Below, piece after piece: positions 12,271 through 24,050 of a stretch of DNA of 64,000 nt. The notes beneath the pieces are model-generated. The model had not been told where the DNA came from and did not search any database. It saw nothing but the letters and a program-made list of their open reading frames with translations. The translations under genes and the position numbers were made by a program. The DNA is from Eledone cirrhosa (lineage: Eukaryota). The stretch lies in assembly GCA_964016885.1 (NCBI GenBank), contig OZ024741.1, forward strand, positions 42,718,001-42,782,000, in the 5' to 3' direction. How positions within the stretch are numbered: the first letter of the stretch is position 1; every line of letters begins with the position of its first letter.

Positions 12271-12525
12271 ATTTCTTTATTAACCACAAGGGTTTACATA
12301 AAGTAGACATTAAGGACAGTGCAGGACAATACAGGACGGTACAAATGGGCATTTCTGCGTGTAAAGAATAAAAACAGAGGATGTAACAAAAAAATAATAA
12401 TGATAAATTCCCCAATAGGGGGGGGGGGAGACTTCGGGGGTACATTTGTGGAGAAAGCCCAGTAAAAGGCCACAGTGACCCTGACCACCAAGGCAAGTGC
12501 TCTCTCCCAGTTTTCCACCTTTAAT

Positions 12526-15500
12526 TTACAGATACGTACTCAGAGTAGGCCCATTCACTCGGGCCATTCTTGCTTCTCTCACCCATCTTTCAACAAAATG
12601 CTGGGAAGAGAGCACCACCCTCTCTACTCTGATTTTCCTTTTCAAATGAAATTTGAAAAAGTTAATCAGGGCATCACCGAAGAGGTAAGTGCTCGTCTTC
12701 AGCCCTTTCAAACGTGTCCACCATACTATCTCTTTCGCCATGGCCACCAGACAGATAAAAACTGCCTGCCCTTCCAGGCTAAAGGAAGAGGTCGGGGCGA
12801 TCCTCACGATGGACTCAGATGATAGCCGGATCCGTCCTACACGCGACAGCAGGTGTTCGACATAAACCCACAAGTCAGCAATTTTCGGACACTGGACGAG
12901 TGCGTGCAGGACGGTTTCGTGGCCATGCGCGCATCTCGGACATGCCCGGCTGACGGCACCTCCATGCCTGTAGAGTTTATCCCGAACTGGCAAGGCTCCA
13001 CGGTAGCACTGCCAGGCCAGAGATTTCTGGAAGTTGTCCATAGGTCCCGGCCCGAAAGTTCTTCCGAAGAGATTGGCTAGTTGATTTTCGTCGACGCCTA
13101 GTGTTTCCCCAAGTACGTCGTCGCTCTTCCCCTCCATAATCCTCTATAGAAAGCCGAGGTGGAGTTTCAACCGATCACATTGCCCGATTGGTGGAGGGCT
13201 GTGAGCGCCTGAAGACATTCCAGTCTCCAGGCGCTCCCTCTCGGTCTTCGCTTGACCCAGGACTGCAGCTCCGTCAAGGAAACGAGCTGGGGAAATACGT
13301 GTCAAGCAAACGGCGACCACACCTGATTACCGTCGAGGAAGAGGTGGAGATGTCGTAGCCTGAGCGCGTGTCTGCGCATCATCAGCCACGGCATTCCCAG
13401 CTCTCCACGTAGCGGGTGTTGACAGCAGATGGACCGCCTGACCATCGAAGCGCGCCCCTTCCACAAAAAGCGAAAGAGCAAGCGCTCCAGCGCAGTCAGG
13501 CGGGGCTTAGGACAAGGTACGACGGTCAGGCGGTAGCAGATGACAGACGCGATGTATGCGTTAGCCACCTCCGCTCGACCTTTCAGGGATAGCTTCCTCT
13601 CCGCCCATTTCTGGGTGAGAGAAGCCACCCTGCTCATTACCTCGTCCCAGTTTTTCTTCGTCTGGAGGTCCGGACCGAACCAGACCCCTAGGAATTTAAC
13701 CGGTCCGTCCGTCCAGCGTCCGACGACGCTGTTGGACGGCATGGACCTGCCTCTCCAGGTGCCGAGCTGCAGGCCCACTGACTTTTCCTGGTTGATCATT
13801 GCTGCTGTCACCGCTTCGTATTCTCTTAGCGTAGTGCCGATCGCCTCGATGTGTTTGGCGTTCGACACCACTACGGTGACATCGTCCGCATATGCTGACA
13901 CGGATCTTCCGCATCCTAGTTCGCGCGGGACTCCCCTCAACATCTCCAGTTTGTGCAGTAATGGCTCGAGAGTCAATACGTACAAGAGGGACGAGAGGGG
14001 TCATCCTTGGCGGACCGAGCGCATGATGTTGAACGGTTCCGACAGGTGACCGTTCACACTCACCACAGAGCAGATGTCGCTGTGCATGGCAGCGATCCAG
14101 CCTCTGAAGACGGGCCCAAAGCCAGCCGCCCTCAGGACTGCCGCTAGGCAACGATGGTCGACCCTATCGAAAGCTTTCGACTGATCTAAATTGATCAAGG
14201 ATCCACCCGTGCCAGGTTCCTTAGCTACCCTCTCTATGATGTATCGCATGAGGTGGAGGTTGTCGTGGATGGATCTGTCGGGAATGGCGCATGTCTGCGC
14301 CTCTCCCACCAGGCCACCAACGACAAGCGCCAACCTCTTTGCTAGCACCTTGGCCAAAATCTTGAACTCTGTGTTTAGCAGAGTTATGGACCGGAAATTG
14401 TCTATGTTATCCCCCTTGTTCGGATCCTTTCTCAGCAGTGCCACCGCTCCTCGGCTCACAGAACTGGGAATTCTCCCGTTCTGTTGCCAGTTGCAGTAGA
14501 CGTCTGCCAAGAGGCCTCCGAACAAGTCTGGTATCTGTACGTAAAGTTCATAGGGCAGACCACCAAACCAGGCGATTTACTCCTTGTACAGCCAGTCATT
14601 GCCTCCCTTACTTCAGCGGCTGTTATCGGCTTTTCGCAACACTTCGCCTCAGTGGCCGAGAGCCGCGGCAGTCCGTCGAGGTAGACACTAAAGTCCATCC
14701 CTCTACTCGGCCCCCCGCTGCCCCCGAACAGCTGAGCGAAGTGTCGCTGAAAAGCCTCACACATTTGCCCGGGATCGAGTAGCATGTGCCCGTCGTGGTC
14801 CACCAAAGACCGGATCGTGGCTTTGTTGCCACGACGTGCCTCCGCCACTCGGGCCCATTGAACGGCTTTCGTCCCCTCGTGTCTGAGAGCACGCACCCTA
14901 GCTCTGACAACGCAGCCTTCGTGCTTTGCATTGAAGAATTGGTCAAGGGCCAATTTCGCCGCAAGCACGTCGGTCGCAATGCCTTTGCTAAGCGCCTCGT
15001 CTAATTTTCTAAGTAGTTCTCCCTCTGCTCTATTTTTCTCTATTGCTAAAGCCTTACTAAACCTAATCGATTCTATTCTAATCGCTCTTTTCAGAGCAAA
15101 CCACCACTTGTTGTTGACGATGGCCCCCGTCAACGCCCGCTTAACTAGTTCGCTAATCCGGTCTCTGTAGGCCTTGCGCGCTGGTAAGGACGCGTTTAGC
15201 TTCCAGTAGCCGGGTCCTCGTCTATGAAGCCTATCTAAGTCAAGCACACAGGTCACGAATTTGTGGTCCGTGTAGCTGACTATCTTGAATTGTGGACAGC
15301 CTATGCTAGACCTATCTATTTCCCTACAAAATACTCTATCTAGATATGATCTGGATGACCCTATGCGGTTTGTCCAAGTCCACATTGGCACATTCGGGAA
15401 ATCCAATCGGTACCTGTCAGACAGTTCAAAACGCCTGAGCAGGTTGGTGAGGCTCTTGCACCATCCACCCCTATCCGCTAATACCACACAGTCCCAGCGT

Positions 15501-15943
15501 GAATCTAAGATCCCGTTCCAGTCGCCTACTAACACTAAAGAGCGGGACGTTCCAAGAAAGGTCTCCAGACGCCGGAAGAAATCAGGCCGCCCTGCTCCTG
15601 TCGGGGCATAGACGGCCACTAGCCTGAAAGCTTGCCCGTCTCCGCTGGTCACGTCCAGCACCACTAACTTACCCTCTGGGTCCAGGAAGATGGCCCGTAT
15701 GGCGAGATCCAAACCTCTCCGAAAAAGCACAGCAACTCCTCCACCCGATCCAGGACGGCTGGGAGATGCGTACACATCGCAGCCGCCGAAGACCGGTGCG
15801 AAGGCCCGTGCTTCGGAGATTCTGGTCTCGCTGATGGCCACTACATCTATGTTTAGTGAGCTGAGGTCGTTTAGCAGGTGGTACTGCTTCCATGACGACC
15901 CCAAGCCACGCGCATTTATGCTGCCTATTCTGAGTGAGGTCAT
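12526..15943 (-). pseudogene. LINE ORF2 (APE endonuclease-RT-Zn finger), disrupted
   Basis: Pieces 14456..15943 (SINARGL, ISET, VGDWN, SYLDR, TDH), 14001..14525 (LDQSKAFDRVDH, SVRQG), 13302..13985 (YADD) and 12526..13137. Confidence 0.92.
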
Positions 15944-15978
15944 GTTTAAAATAGAGTGGAAAAGATGGGAAAGACCAC

Positions 15979-18075
15979 TTACCGTACTTTTGGTAGAGGA
16001 GGGATGGTTTTTACATCCCTTTTCACTTGATCGTCTGGTGAAGGGACCGTTGAATCGTCCCTTCGGCTGGTCGTCAGCTCTTCTAAGAGAATGTCTGAAT
16101 ATACTCTTCGATTGATGGTTCCTCCTAGGTCCCTGAAATCACCAACTGCGTTGGGGAATTTCGTTTTATTGTTTGTGTATTGTTTCTGTGCTATTTTTAG
16201 CAGTCTTATGTTAGTTGGCGTTTCGATTGGTGCTGGTATTATGTAGTTGTGTTGTGAAATGTCTGTGTGTTCAATTATGTAAGTCATTAGTTTCTTGTTG
16301 TGTGTGTTTATTGCCGTGCATTTGTTTTTCTGGGGGTGGGGTGTGGTTCTGCTATTTTCTTGTCGTTGTTGCTGGGTGTGTCTGTTTTGTTGTTGTGTTT
16401 GCGATGTTGGTGCTTGTGGTGGTGGTGTTGAAGGTGTTGTTGGCGGTGGGGTTGTCACCGGTGGTGATGGTGGTGCTAGCGTGGGTGGTGATGGTGTTGG
16501 TGGTGTTGCTGCTGTGGGTCTCTTTGCAGTAGACTTTACCCTTTTCTCATTTCTTTCCTCCCTTTTCAAAGGCGACGATGCGCTGCTTCTGCGTTTGTGC
16601 CTTCTTGCGACCTTTTGCAATCCCTCTCCCACCTCACACTCCATGTCTGATTCTGTAAGGTCGGGGAGGGGTACCAGCTCCACTCTTTCACTTGTTGTTG
16701 TTGGTGATGTTTGCACTGGAGTCTCTGTTGCAGCTGCATTTGGTATTGCTGTTGTTGTTGTTAATATTTCCACTGCTGCTGCTGTTTTTGATTTCCGTGG
16801 AGTGGGTATGGGTGGCACGGACCTATCGTTCCTGGTTGCCGCTTGTCCTGTTGCTGGTAGCCGTGGAGCCGGATTCGGAAGGAGGGGGGTTTTCTCCTTT
16901 CTCAGGGTCTTCTCGTTGCAGAAGGCCCTGAGGTGAGTCTTCGATCCACAGCGAAAGCATTTCGGGCGTTTGCCCTCAACACTTATGGGCAGTTGAGTGC
17001 CGTTATCGAAGTCTATCACATCCGGGATAGCTTCGATGCACTCCTGGTTGGTTTGGATTAGCATCTCAATGGAGGAGCCGACCCAATCTTCTCTTACTTT
17101 TTTCTGTACTTGCAGTACAGTTGTTTTGTCCTCGATTCCGACGAGGACAGACGCGGCCAGCCAAGAAGGGGTCATTCCGTGGGGGACGTGGGTCAGTTTG
17201 ACCCTCACAATTTTTTGCCCGCAGTAGGAGGGCACCAACACCATTTCCTCGCTCCTTAGGGTCACTACTGATTGGGCCTTTGCCTCCTGGGGTGTGGCAA
17301 AAAGTACGTCTACGGTGGCATATTTTTTGCCTCGGGTGATGTGCGTTTTCCGCTGCCACACAGACCCCAAGGCTTTTTGTATTTGGGCCTCTGTGGCTCT
17401 TTCCACCCTACGGGATTTTGTACTTACTGTACGGTACGTGACCGTACAGTGCTCTTGGGTTTCGAAAAATTTTTCCGCTGCCTTGCAGATTTCTCTGTGT
17501 CCGTTCTTTGTCACCATCTTCTTCGCTTCCTCTAATTCCTCATTTGTTATGAGGATTGTTTCCAAGTTTTTCGCAATACCTGCAAATGAGATTGGTTTTT
17601 CTCTGCTGTTATTGTTGTCGTCAGAGCTGCTGGTACTTTTGTTGTTGCTGCAGGTACTACGACTACTGCCTCCGCCGCTGTTGCTGTGGTTGTTGTTGGT
17701 GTTGCTGCTGCTAATGCTGTTGTTGTTTATGCTGCTGGTGATGCTGTTGCGGCTGCTACTGTTGTTTTCATTGTCACTGTTGCTGTTGTTATTACGGCTG
17801 CTACTGCTATTATTCCTGACGTCAGACGAATGAACTGGGTTTTCGTATTTCCCGCACACCTGTTTCGTCGCTGTCGTCGTCGTCGTGGAGAAACCTTGCA
17901 CGCTTTGCACGAGACTTTTCTCTTCTTTCGTCACTTGCGAAAGAGAAGGGAGGGAGAGAGACACATTTAAAGAAGGGAGGGAGAGAGACAATCTTCTCTC
18001 TGCTGTAGTGATGATTGAGGAAGAAGAAGACGGAATGAGTGGGAGTGACGTATGAAATTTCTTTTTCGTAGCCAT
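15979..18075 (-). CDS. LINE ORF1 nucleic-acid-binding protein, 698 aa, intact
   Basis: Uninterrupted ORF with a zinc knuckle CFRCGSKTHLRAFC (CX2CX4HX4C), Asn/Ser-rich N-terminus and Pro/Thr-rich C-terminal half. It ends 35 nt before the ORF2 ATG. Confidence 0.88.
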   Translation of the reverse strand: MATKKKFHTSLPLIPSSSSSIITTAERRLSLSLPSLNVSLSLPSLSQVTKEEKSLVQSVQGFSTTTTTATKQVCGKYENPVHSSDVRNNSSSSRNNNSNSDNENNSSSRNSITSSINNNSISSSNTNNNHSNSGGGSSRSTCSNNKSTSSSDDNNNSREKPISFAGIAKNLETILITNEELEEAKKMVTKNGHREICKAAEKFFETQEHCTVTYRTVSTKSRRVERATEAQIQKALGSVWQRKTHITRGKKYATVDVLFATPQEAKAQSVVTLRSEEMVLVPSYCGQKIVRVKLTHVPHGMTPSWLAASVLVGIEDKTTVLQVQKKVREDWVGSSIEMLIQTNQECIEAIPDVIDFDNGTQLPISVEGKRPKCFRCGSKTHLRAFCNEKTLRKEKTPLLPNPAPRLPATGQAATRNDRSVPPIPTPRKSKTAAAVEILTTTTAIPNAAATETPVQTSPTTTSERVELVPLPDLTESDMECEVGEGLQKVARRHKRRSSASSPLKREERNEKRVKSTAKRPTAATPPTPSPPTLAPPSPPVTTPPPTTPSTPPPQAPTSQTQQQNRHTQQQRQENSRTTPHPQKNKCTAINTHNKKLMTYIIEHTDISQHNYIIPAPIETPTNIRLLKIAQKQYTNNKTKFPNAVGDFRDLGGTINRRVYSDILLEELTTSRRDDSTVPSPDDQVKRDVKTIPPLPKVR

Positions 18076-18677
18076 GTTGTTTTTTGTTTAAAATGAAATT
18101 TTGGGTACAAAACCCCAATAATTGGTTATTTAACCCCGAAGGGCCAAATAACGGACAGGAAGACCCCTCTCACGAGGAGGAGGGTGTCTTTATCAACAAT
18201 TTGGTTCAAGTTTTAAACAATTTACAATTGTTTTAACGGTTAAAAATTACTATACCTTACAGAGCCGAGCCTCCGTCAACCATGGCATTCAATAATAATA
18301 ATAATAATAAGAAGAAGAAGAAGAATAAGAAGAATAATCATGAAATATATTTTTATTGTTTTCTCAAAGAGGGGAAAAATAGTCCTCCTGATCCATCTCA
18401 ATCAGAGCCCCCAATCTCGGTGGGAAGTAGGAAAGTATCCAAAAACTGTAGTCTCTGCTGAAAGCACACAAGAGACAGATGATGGTGCTAAACCAAGCGA
18501 CGCATTATGTCACCCCGTTCCGCCCCACCACCTCAAATAGCACATAGTGGGATTTGAACTCAAAGGACTGATGCACTGGAGGAGTACTGTATTTTACGGA
18601 TGTCTAACATTTATAGCGTGCTTCCCTCAAATTGTCTAAAGTGTTTGTATAATTGTTTGTATTATTAACACTAAATG

Positions 18678-18853
18678 GTCGAAGGTTGGCAGTATCGGTA
18701 GAGAGTCGGACGCTATGCTTTGACGCATAGAGTTCAAATTCTGAGTTCAAATCCCGCCGAGGTTAACTTTGCCTTTCATCCTTCCGGGGTCGATAAAATA
18801 AAGTACCAGTAATGCACTCAATAATTGCTGGCGTTGTGCCAAAAGTAGAAACA
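18678..18853 (+). mobile_element. tRNA-derived SINE with 17-bp target-site duplication ATTATTAACACTAAATG
   Basis: B box GAGTTCAAATCCC; CORE-like body GCCTTTCATCCTTCCGGGGTCGATAAAATAAAGTACCAG; tail GCTGGCGTTGTGCCAAAAGTAGAAACA. TSD at 18661-18677 and 18854-18870. Confidence 0.88.
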
Positions 18854-19280
18854 ATTATTAACACTAAATGTTCGCTAAAAAAACGAGCTCCTTCTTTGTT
18901 AACTATTTACATTTTAATTAAACGAATATACCTCTATACGTTTTTTGCTTTCAATTGAAAACTATCAAGCAGCAACAAATGATAAAATAATATATAATAA
19001 TATAATAAATTCTATATAATCAAAGATAGTCTTTGAAAGTAATCATCTGTATAATTAATTTTCTCTTTTACCATCCGTGCACGGACGTATTTGTATCTAA
19101 TTATTGTTTTCCTTTCCACCCCTGGATTCTACAGAAGTAAACTACATGCAAAAAATATAACAGTCGTAACTGCAAATGTCTGGAAAGGTCCCATTAAAAC
19201 TCCATACAAGCTTTTTAAATGTTACTCTTATTACTTACAATTTAATTCCTAGTCATCACAACATTGTGTTCCTAATTCTC

Positions 19281-19316
<36 letters not shown>

Positions 19317-19484
19317 CTCTGTTTCTCGACCGTTATATCGCGTGACTGTCTCCCCCTCCGCCTTTTGGGATTCTTTCTCACGTCGTGTAGACGCGTTCTT
19401 GAGACTAGTAAAATGAGGTATCCTCTTGATAGGTTGGCAGACCTCGCAGGGACTCTATATCTTTGATATATTGTTTTTGTTTAT

Positions 19485-19580
19485 GCCACGAAACTACGTA
19501 GTCGAGGAATTTAGGAACAGTTTAGGTATGATACATTTTATTACTAATTATATCTAAATGTTTCTTCTCTCTTCATAATG
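19485..19580 (+). repeat. Fragment of a hammerhead-bearing repeat family (3' half only; related to 47415-47530)
   Basis: GCCACGAAACTACGTAGTCGAGGA is shared with 47441-47464, and the downstream sequence is similar. Confidence 0.7.
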
Positions 19581-19739
19581 TATTTTTAACTCTGATACTG
19601 GTTCAGTCTGGTTCAAACTGAATTGGTCTGTCCCAGTCATTCATTGAGCAACATCGGTGAAGTTGGCACCCTTAACTCACAGTTGGGTGCGGATGCATTC
19701 ATGTATATATGTGTGTGTCCGCATGTATCTGTGTGTTTC

Positions 19740-19788
<49 letters not shown>

Positions 19789-20128
19789 ATGGTGGCTAGG
19801 GGAAGGTTTGAAGGGACGAGGGAATAGGGTGAGGCATAGTAATCCTAATTCTCAATTATATACTTATCAATAACAGCTGAGGCATAGTGCTGAAGCAAGC
19901 ATACCTCGGGAATAAGGCACTAGGAAAACACAGACAGATAGTGTCATCAAATGCATACGCCGCAGGTTACCATCTATGTGTGCTCTGAAAGCAAGACTAA
20001 AGGAAATCCATCTATGTGCACATTCATGGTTTATATATTACATATGTTCTGTTACAAAAAATACATCTCATGAATCTATTAGTTCTTAAATAACGAATAA
20101 ATATAAATTTTAAAAGAAATGTTATAAT

Positions 20129-20283
20129 TGTTTCTACTTTAGTCACAAGGTCAGCAATTATCCAGTGCATTACTGGTACTTTATTTTATCGACCCCGGTG
20201 GGATTTGAACTCAGATCGTAAAGGGACGTAACTAAGCTGGAAAGCATGGCGTCCGACCCTCTACCGATGCTGCCAATCCACCC
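20129..20283 (-). mobile_element. SINE, same family, 13-bp TSD GAAATGTTATAAT
   Basis: Reverse complement of SINE body and tail. TSD at 20116-20128 and 20284-20296, reading ATTATAACATTTC on the SINE strand. Confidence 0.85.
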
Positions 20284-21725
20284 GAAATGTTATAATGATA
20301 TTAAATTAACAGTACAAAATGTGGAAGTACTTCAAGATCAAACAATGCCTCTTAATACAACTGAAATGTTGAAAAAGCAAAATAATGATAACTTTGAACA
20401 TAACATTCAATTTAATTGAAATAAATGAGAAGCCACTAAAATACATCGTTCAATTTAAATATTTCGAAAGAACAACACGATATGAAATCAAAGAAAAAAA
20501 TATCATTGTAGATGATTGAGTTTCCTCACTAAATTGGACAGTTTTTCAAAGTGTAGGCGGAGAATTGGCTAAGTCCTTAATATGTAGGAGAAAATAGCTT
20601 GTGGGATTTGTTCATCTCTCTGTGTCCCGTGTAAACTTTTCCTTTTATAAAATAAACTCCCAATCCCAGGTGGAGGATTGGCAGAGGTGTCAGAACATCG
20701 GAGAGATTTTATGCGATATCTATGCCGGTTCTATGTTTTTTTAGTTCAAATTTCTATGTGATCTAAACGTAATCCAGCAGTTGCGTTAATGGCACCACCT
20801 TGGTACTTTTGAAAATAACACTGAGGATAATTCGAATCTAATTCTTGAATTTATCATGTTTCCTTTTAATCCGTCTCACAGTTTAGCATTAAATGGTATT
20901 TAATAGTTATTAAAATGTTGCGTGTATATTAACAATATTTAGTAATGGCATATTTTATACCGCGTATCGTACGATTATTGTCACTAAATAGTATATCAGT
21001 ATGATGCCATTTTTTCCTTGGATGAGGATCATTCACGGTTTTCTCTCGTGATTTAAAAATATAAAAATTAATCGTTAACACTTTAGGAAAAGTTCAATTT
21101 TTAATATATAAAAACATTAATTATATCGATATATATATATCATATCAACATCAATTATTTATCAATATCAATTGTAATAAAAATTATATCAATATCAAGT
21201 ACAATAAATAAAAATATCAATTCTTAATGGAGCTTGAGCAGGGTTTTCGCTGTTTGGTATTTGTTCTCTGTTTTGTTTATTAATGCAGAAACAAATATAA
21301 ACGAAATACTTTCATGAAATGATTCTTTCTGAAGATTTTAAGCATGTAACTAGGCGTGTGAACATCAGGTTGACTTCAGAACCATTGGCAAAATTTGAAC
21401 TTTGAAACGTAGCCGCCACAAAGCAAATGATTATAATAAAAGTAGATCATTATAGATAATTCTAGAGGATAATTTACCCGATTTTCTCGACTATTATTTA
21501 TAGGGATCGAATATTATTATAGACATTTGCGATGAGACGATCACATTACAAATATCAAACTTTCTAATACTTCTGAAGTCAACCGAATGTTTATTCACAC
21601 GTATACATATGTATTTATACTTACGCACATACATGCCGGCACACGTACATTCATAAAACATACATGCATTTCTAAGTAAGTACGCACGTATAAATACGTA
21701 CGTATGTACGTACACACATTGAATA

Positions 21726-21772
<47 letters not shown>

Positions 21773-21784
21773 CCACACACACAC

Positions 21785-21841
<57 letters not shown>

Positions 21842-22447
21842 TATATATATGAATACACACACACACACATATATATATACACATACATACATACATGCAT
21901 ACATACATACATACATATAAAACTACTTCGATTTATAGACATTTTTACTTGTTTAAAAAAAGAATGTTCTGTATATGACAATGCGAAAAAAATTAAAATA
22001 AAATTATGAAAAAAAAACCACAGATATATATGAAAAATACCAGATAAAACGGCTATAAAATTACGCCCTCGAAACTGCTCAAAGTTCAAACCTATGTAAC
22101 GCTTCACAAATGTTTATTTGTGGTTTTTGTGCCATTATACAGGAAAGCATAAAAGATACCATCTGTCAAATATTTTTTTCAGAAATATATTTCGAAGCGA
22201 TGTATCATTTCTCTTTGAAGTGAATTTTCTCCACCCTCACCCCCCTGAAACAATCAAAATTCCCACCCACTTCCTTCTTCTACCAACAGTCTTTTTTCAA
22301 TCACACGCACACATCATATTTAGTGTTAGACGTATTATTCTTTTAAAAGTAATGATGTAGTTGTAGTTGTTGTAAAGAAATGTATTTTGCAGCGAACTAG
22401 AGATGCCTATATACAACATATGTAGACATACATTGAATGTATATATG

Positions 22448-22523
<76 letters not shown>

Positions 22524-22529
22524 TACATG

Positions 22530-22585
<56 letters not shown>

Positions 22586-23346
22586 GTATATATGTATATC
22601 TATATAAATATATATATGTGTGTGTTTGTATGTATGTATGTGTGTGCATATGCGTGCGTTTCTGTGTGTGAGTGTGTGTTAGTATATATACATATAGATA
22701 TTTTATGTATACACGCACATACATATATATATATACATATGTACGCGTGTGTGCATGCGTGTATGCGCGTGTAACATATACGTTTCCGTCATGTTTGCTT
22801 TATGGATGAAAGATTTATTTACTTCTGAAGATAAAGGTCTTTTATGTTTAAATAACAAAAACTATAATCAAAGCAAAAACAAACAAAAAACATGAAAAAA
22901 GATACACACATACATCGTAATAAATAGCAGAGCTCCCTCACAAAAATAAACCATTTGTGGTTTAAAAGTTCTAAAGGTCGAAGGTTATGTTGAAAGCGTT
23001 GACTTACCATGGGGAATTCTATATAATGTATTTTGTATCTTTCATCTTGTTTTGTTAATTTTTATATTTCTAAAGTTAACTGTTTGGCGTTGTCATATAT
23101 AATAAGAGAAACCAGTGATTATATTAGAATGAATGAAATAGCTGTGTTGTGCATATTTTGGGTAAGTTCCGTGGCAGAGGTATCAGTACTTTACTTCTCG
23201 CAGTTTTGACGCTGTTTTTTTGCAATATTGTTAATGCACTCACCACACACACATACACACATTCTCTCTCTCGCTCGCTCTCACACCCACACACGCCCAC
23301 GTGTACACACACACACTAACACAAAACCACACAATATATATATATA

Positions 23347-23750
23347 TATATATTGATAAACGGAATAGAAAATGCTGACAAATTGTTCACAGTTGAAAAA
23401 TGGTTTAATTAGGAATAAAAGAGTATTAGTGATTGTATGGGTTAGTATTCAGTTGTGGTTTTAAGTTTTTAAGTATTTACCGGTTGCGCATTTCTAAATG
23501 CTTTTCAAAAATAATTTTGAGATAGAGTGTCCGTGCTGTTTGCTCAGATCAGAGCAAACAGCACGGACACTCTATCTCAAAATTATTTTTGAAAAGCATT
23601 TAGAAATGCGCAACCGGTAAATACTTAAAAACTTAAAACCACAACTGAATACTAACCCATACAATCACTAATACTCTTTTATTCCTAATTAAACCATTTT
23701 TCAACTGTGAACAATTTGTCAGCATTTTCTATTCCGTTTACCAATATATA
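23347..23750. repeat. Near-perfect 404-bp palindrome with no spacer (centre GATC at 23547-23550)
   Basis: 202-bp arms with two mismatched pairs seen. (TA)n lies on the left and shortly downstream. Confidence 0.95.
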
Positions 23751-23779
23751 ATAACTTGTGTGTTACACCTCTATTCTTT

Positions 23780-23955
<176 letters not shown>

Positions 23956-24050
23956 AATAAACGTAATGGAAATTTGACATCTCGTCCATGATTATTATTA
24001 TTATTATTGCTGGCCTTGTGCCAAAAGTAGAAACAATTATTATTACTATT

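Larger units (their letters stand above)
12272..18290 (-). mobile_element. Tx1/L1-clade LINE copy A, full length, inserted in (ATT)n
   Basis: ORF1 plus ORF2 (APE, RT with YADD, C-terminal CPRC...ETVLHALVQC). The 5' end GAATGCCATGGTTGACGGAGG is identical to copy C. The 3' end is CCCTTGTGGTTAATAAAGAAA. TAA repeats flank both sides. Confidence 0.93.

Noticed and set aside
13540-17833. Long antisense ORFs that recur in LINE copies A, C and D
   Set aside because: They are shadows of GC-rich LINE coding sequence and recur only because the copies are homologous.
18678-18770. tRNA genes
   Set aside because: Only A and B boxes are present, with no cloverleaf, and they continue into the SINE body.
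21494-22774. ORFs rich in YI, CV, HT or LS dipeptides here and at 55.9, 57.9, 59.0 and 61.8 kb
   Set aside because: They are translations of (TA)n, (TG)n and (TC)n microsatellites, not genes.
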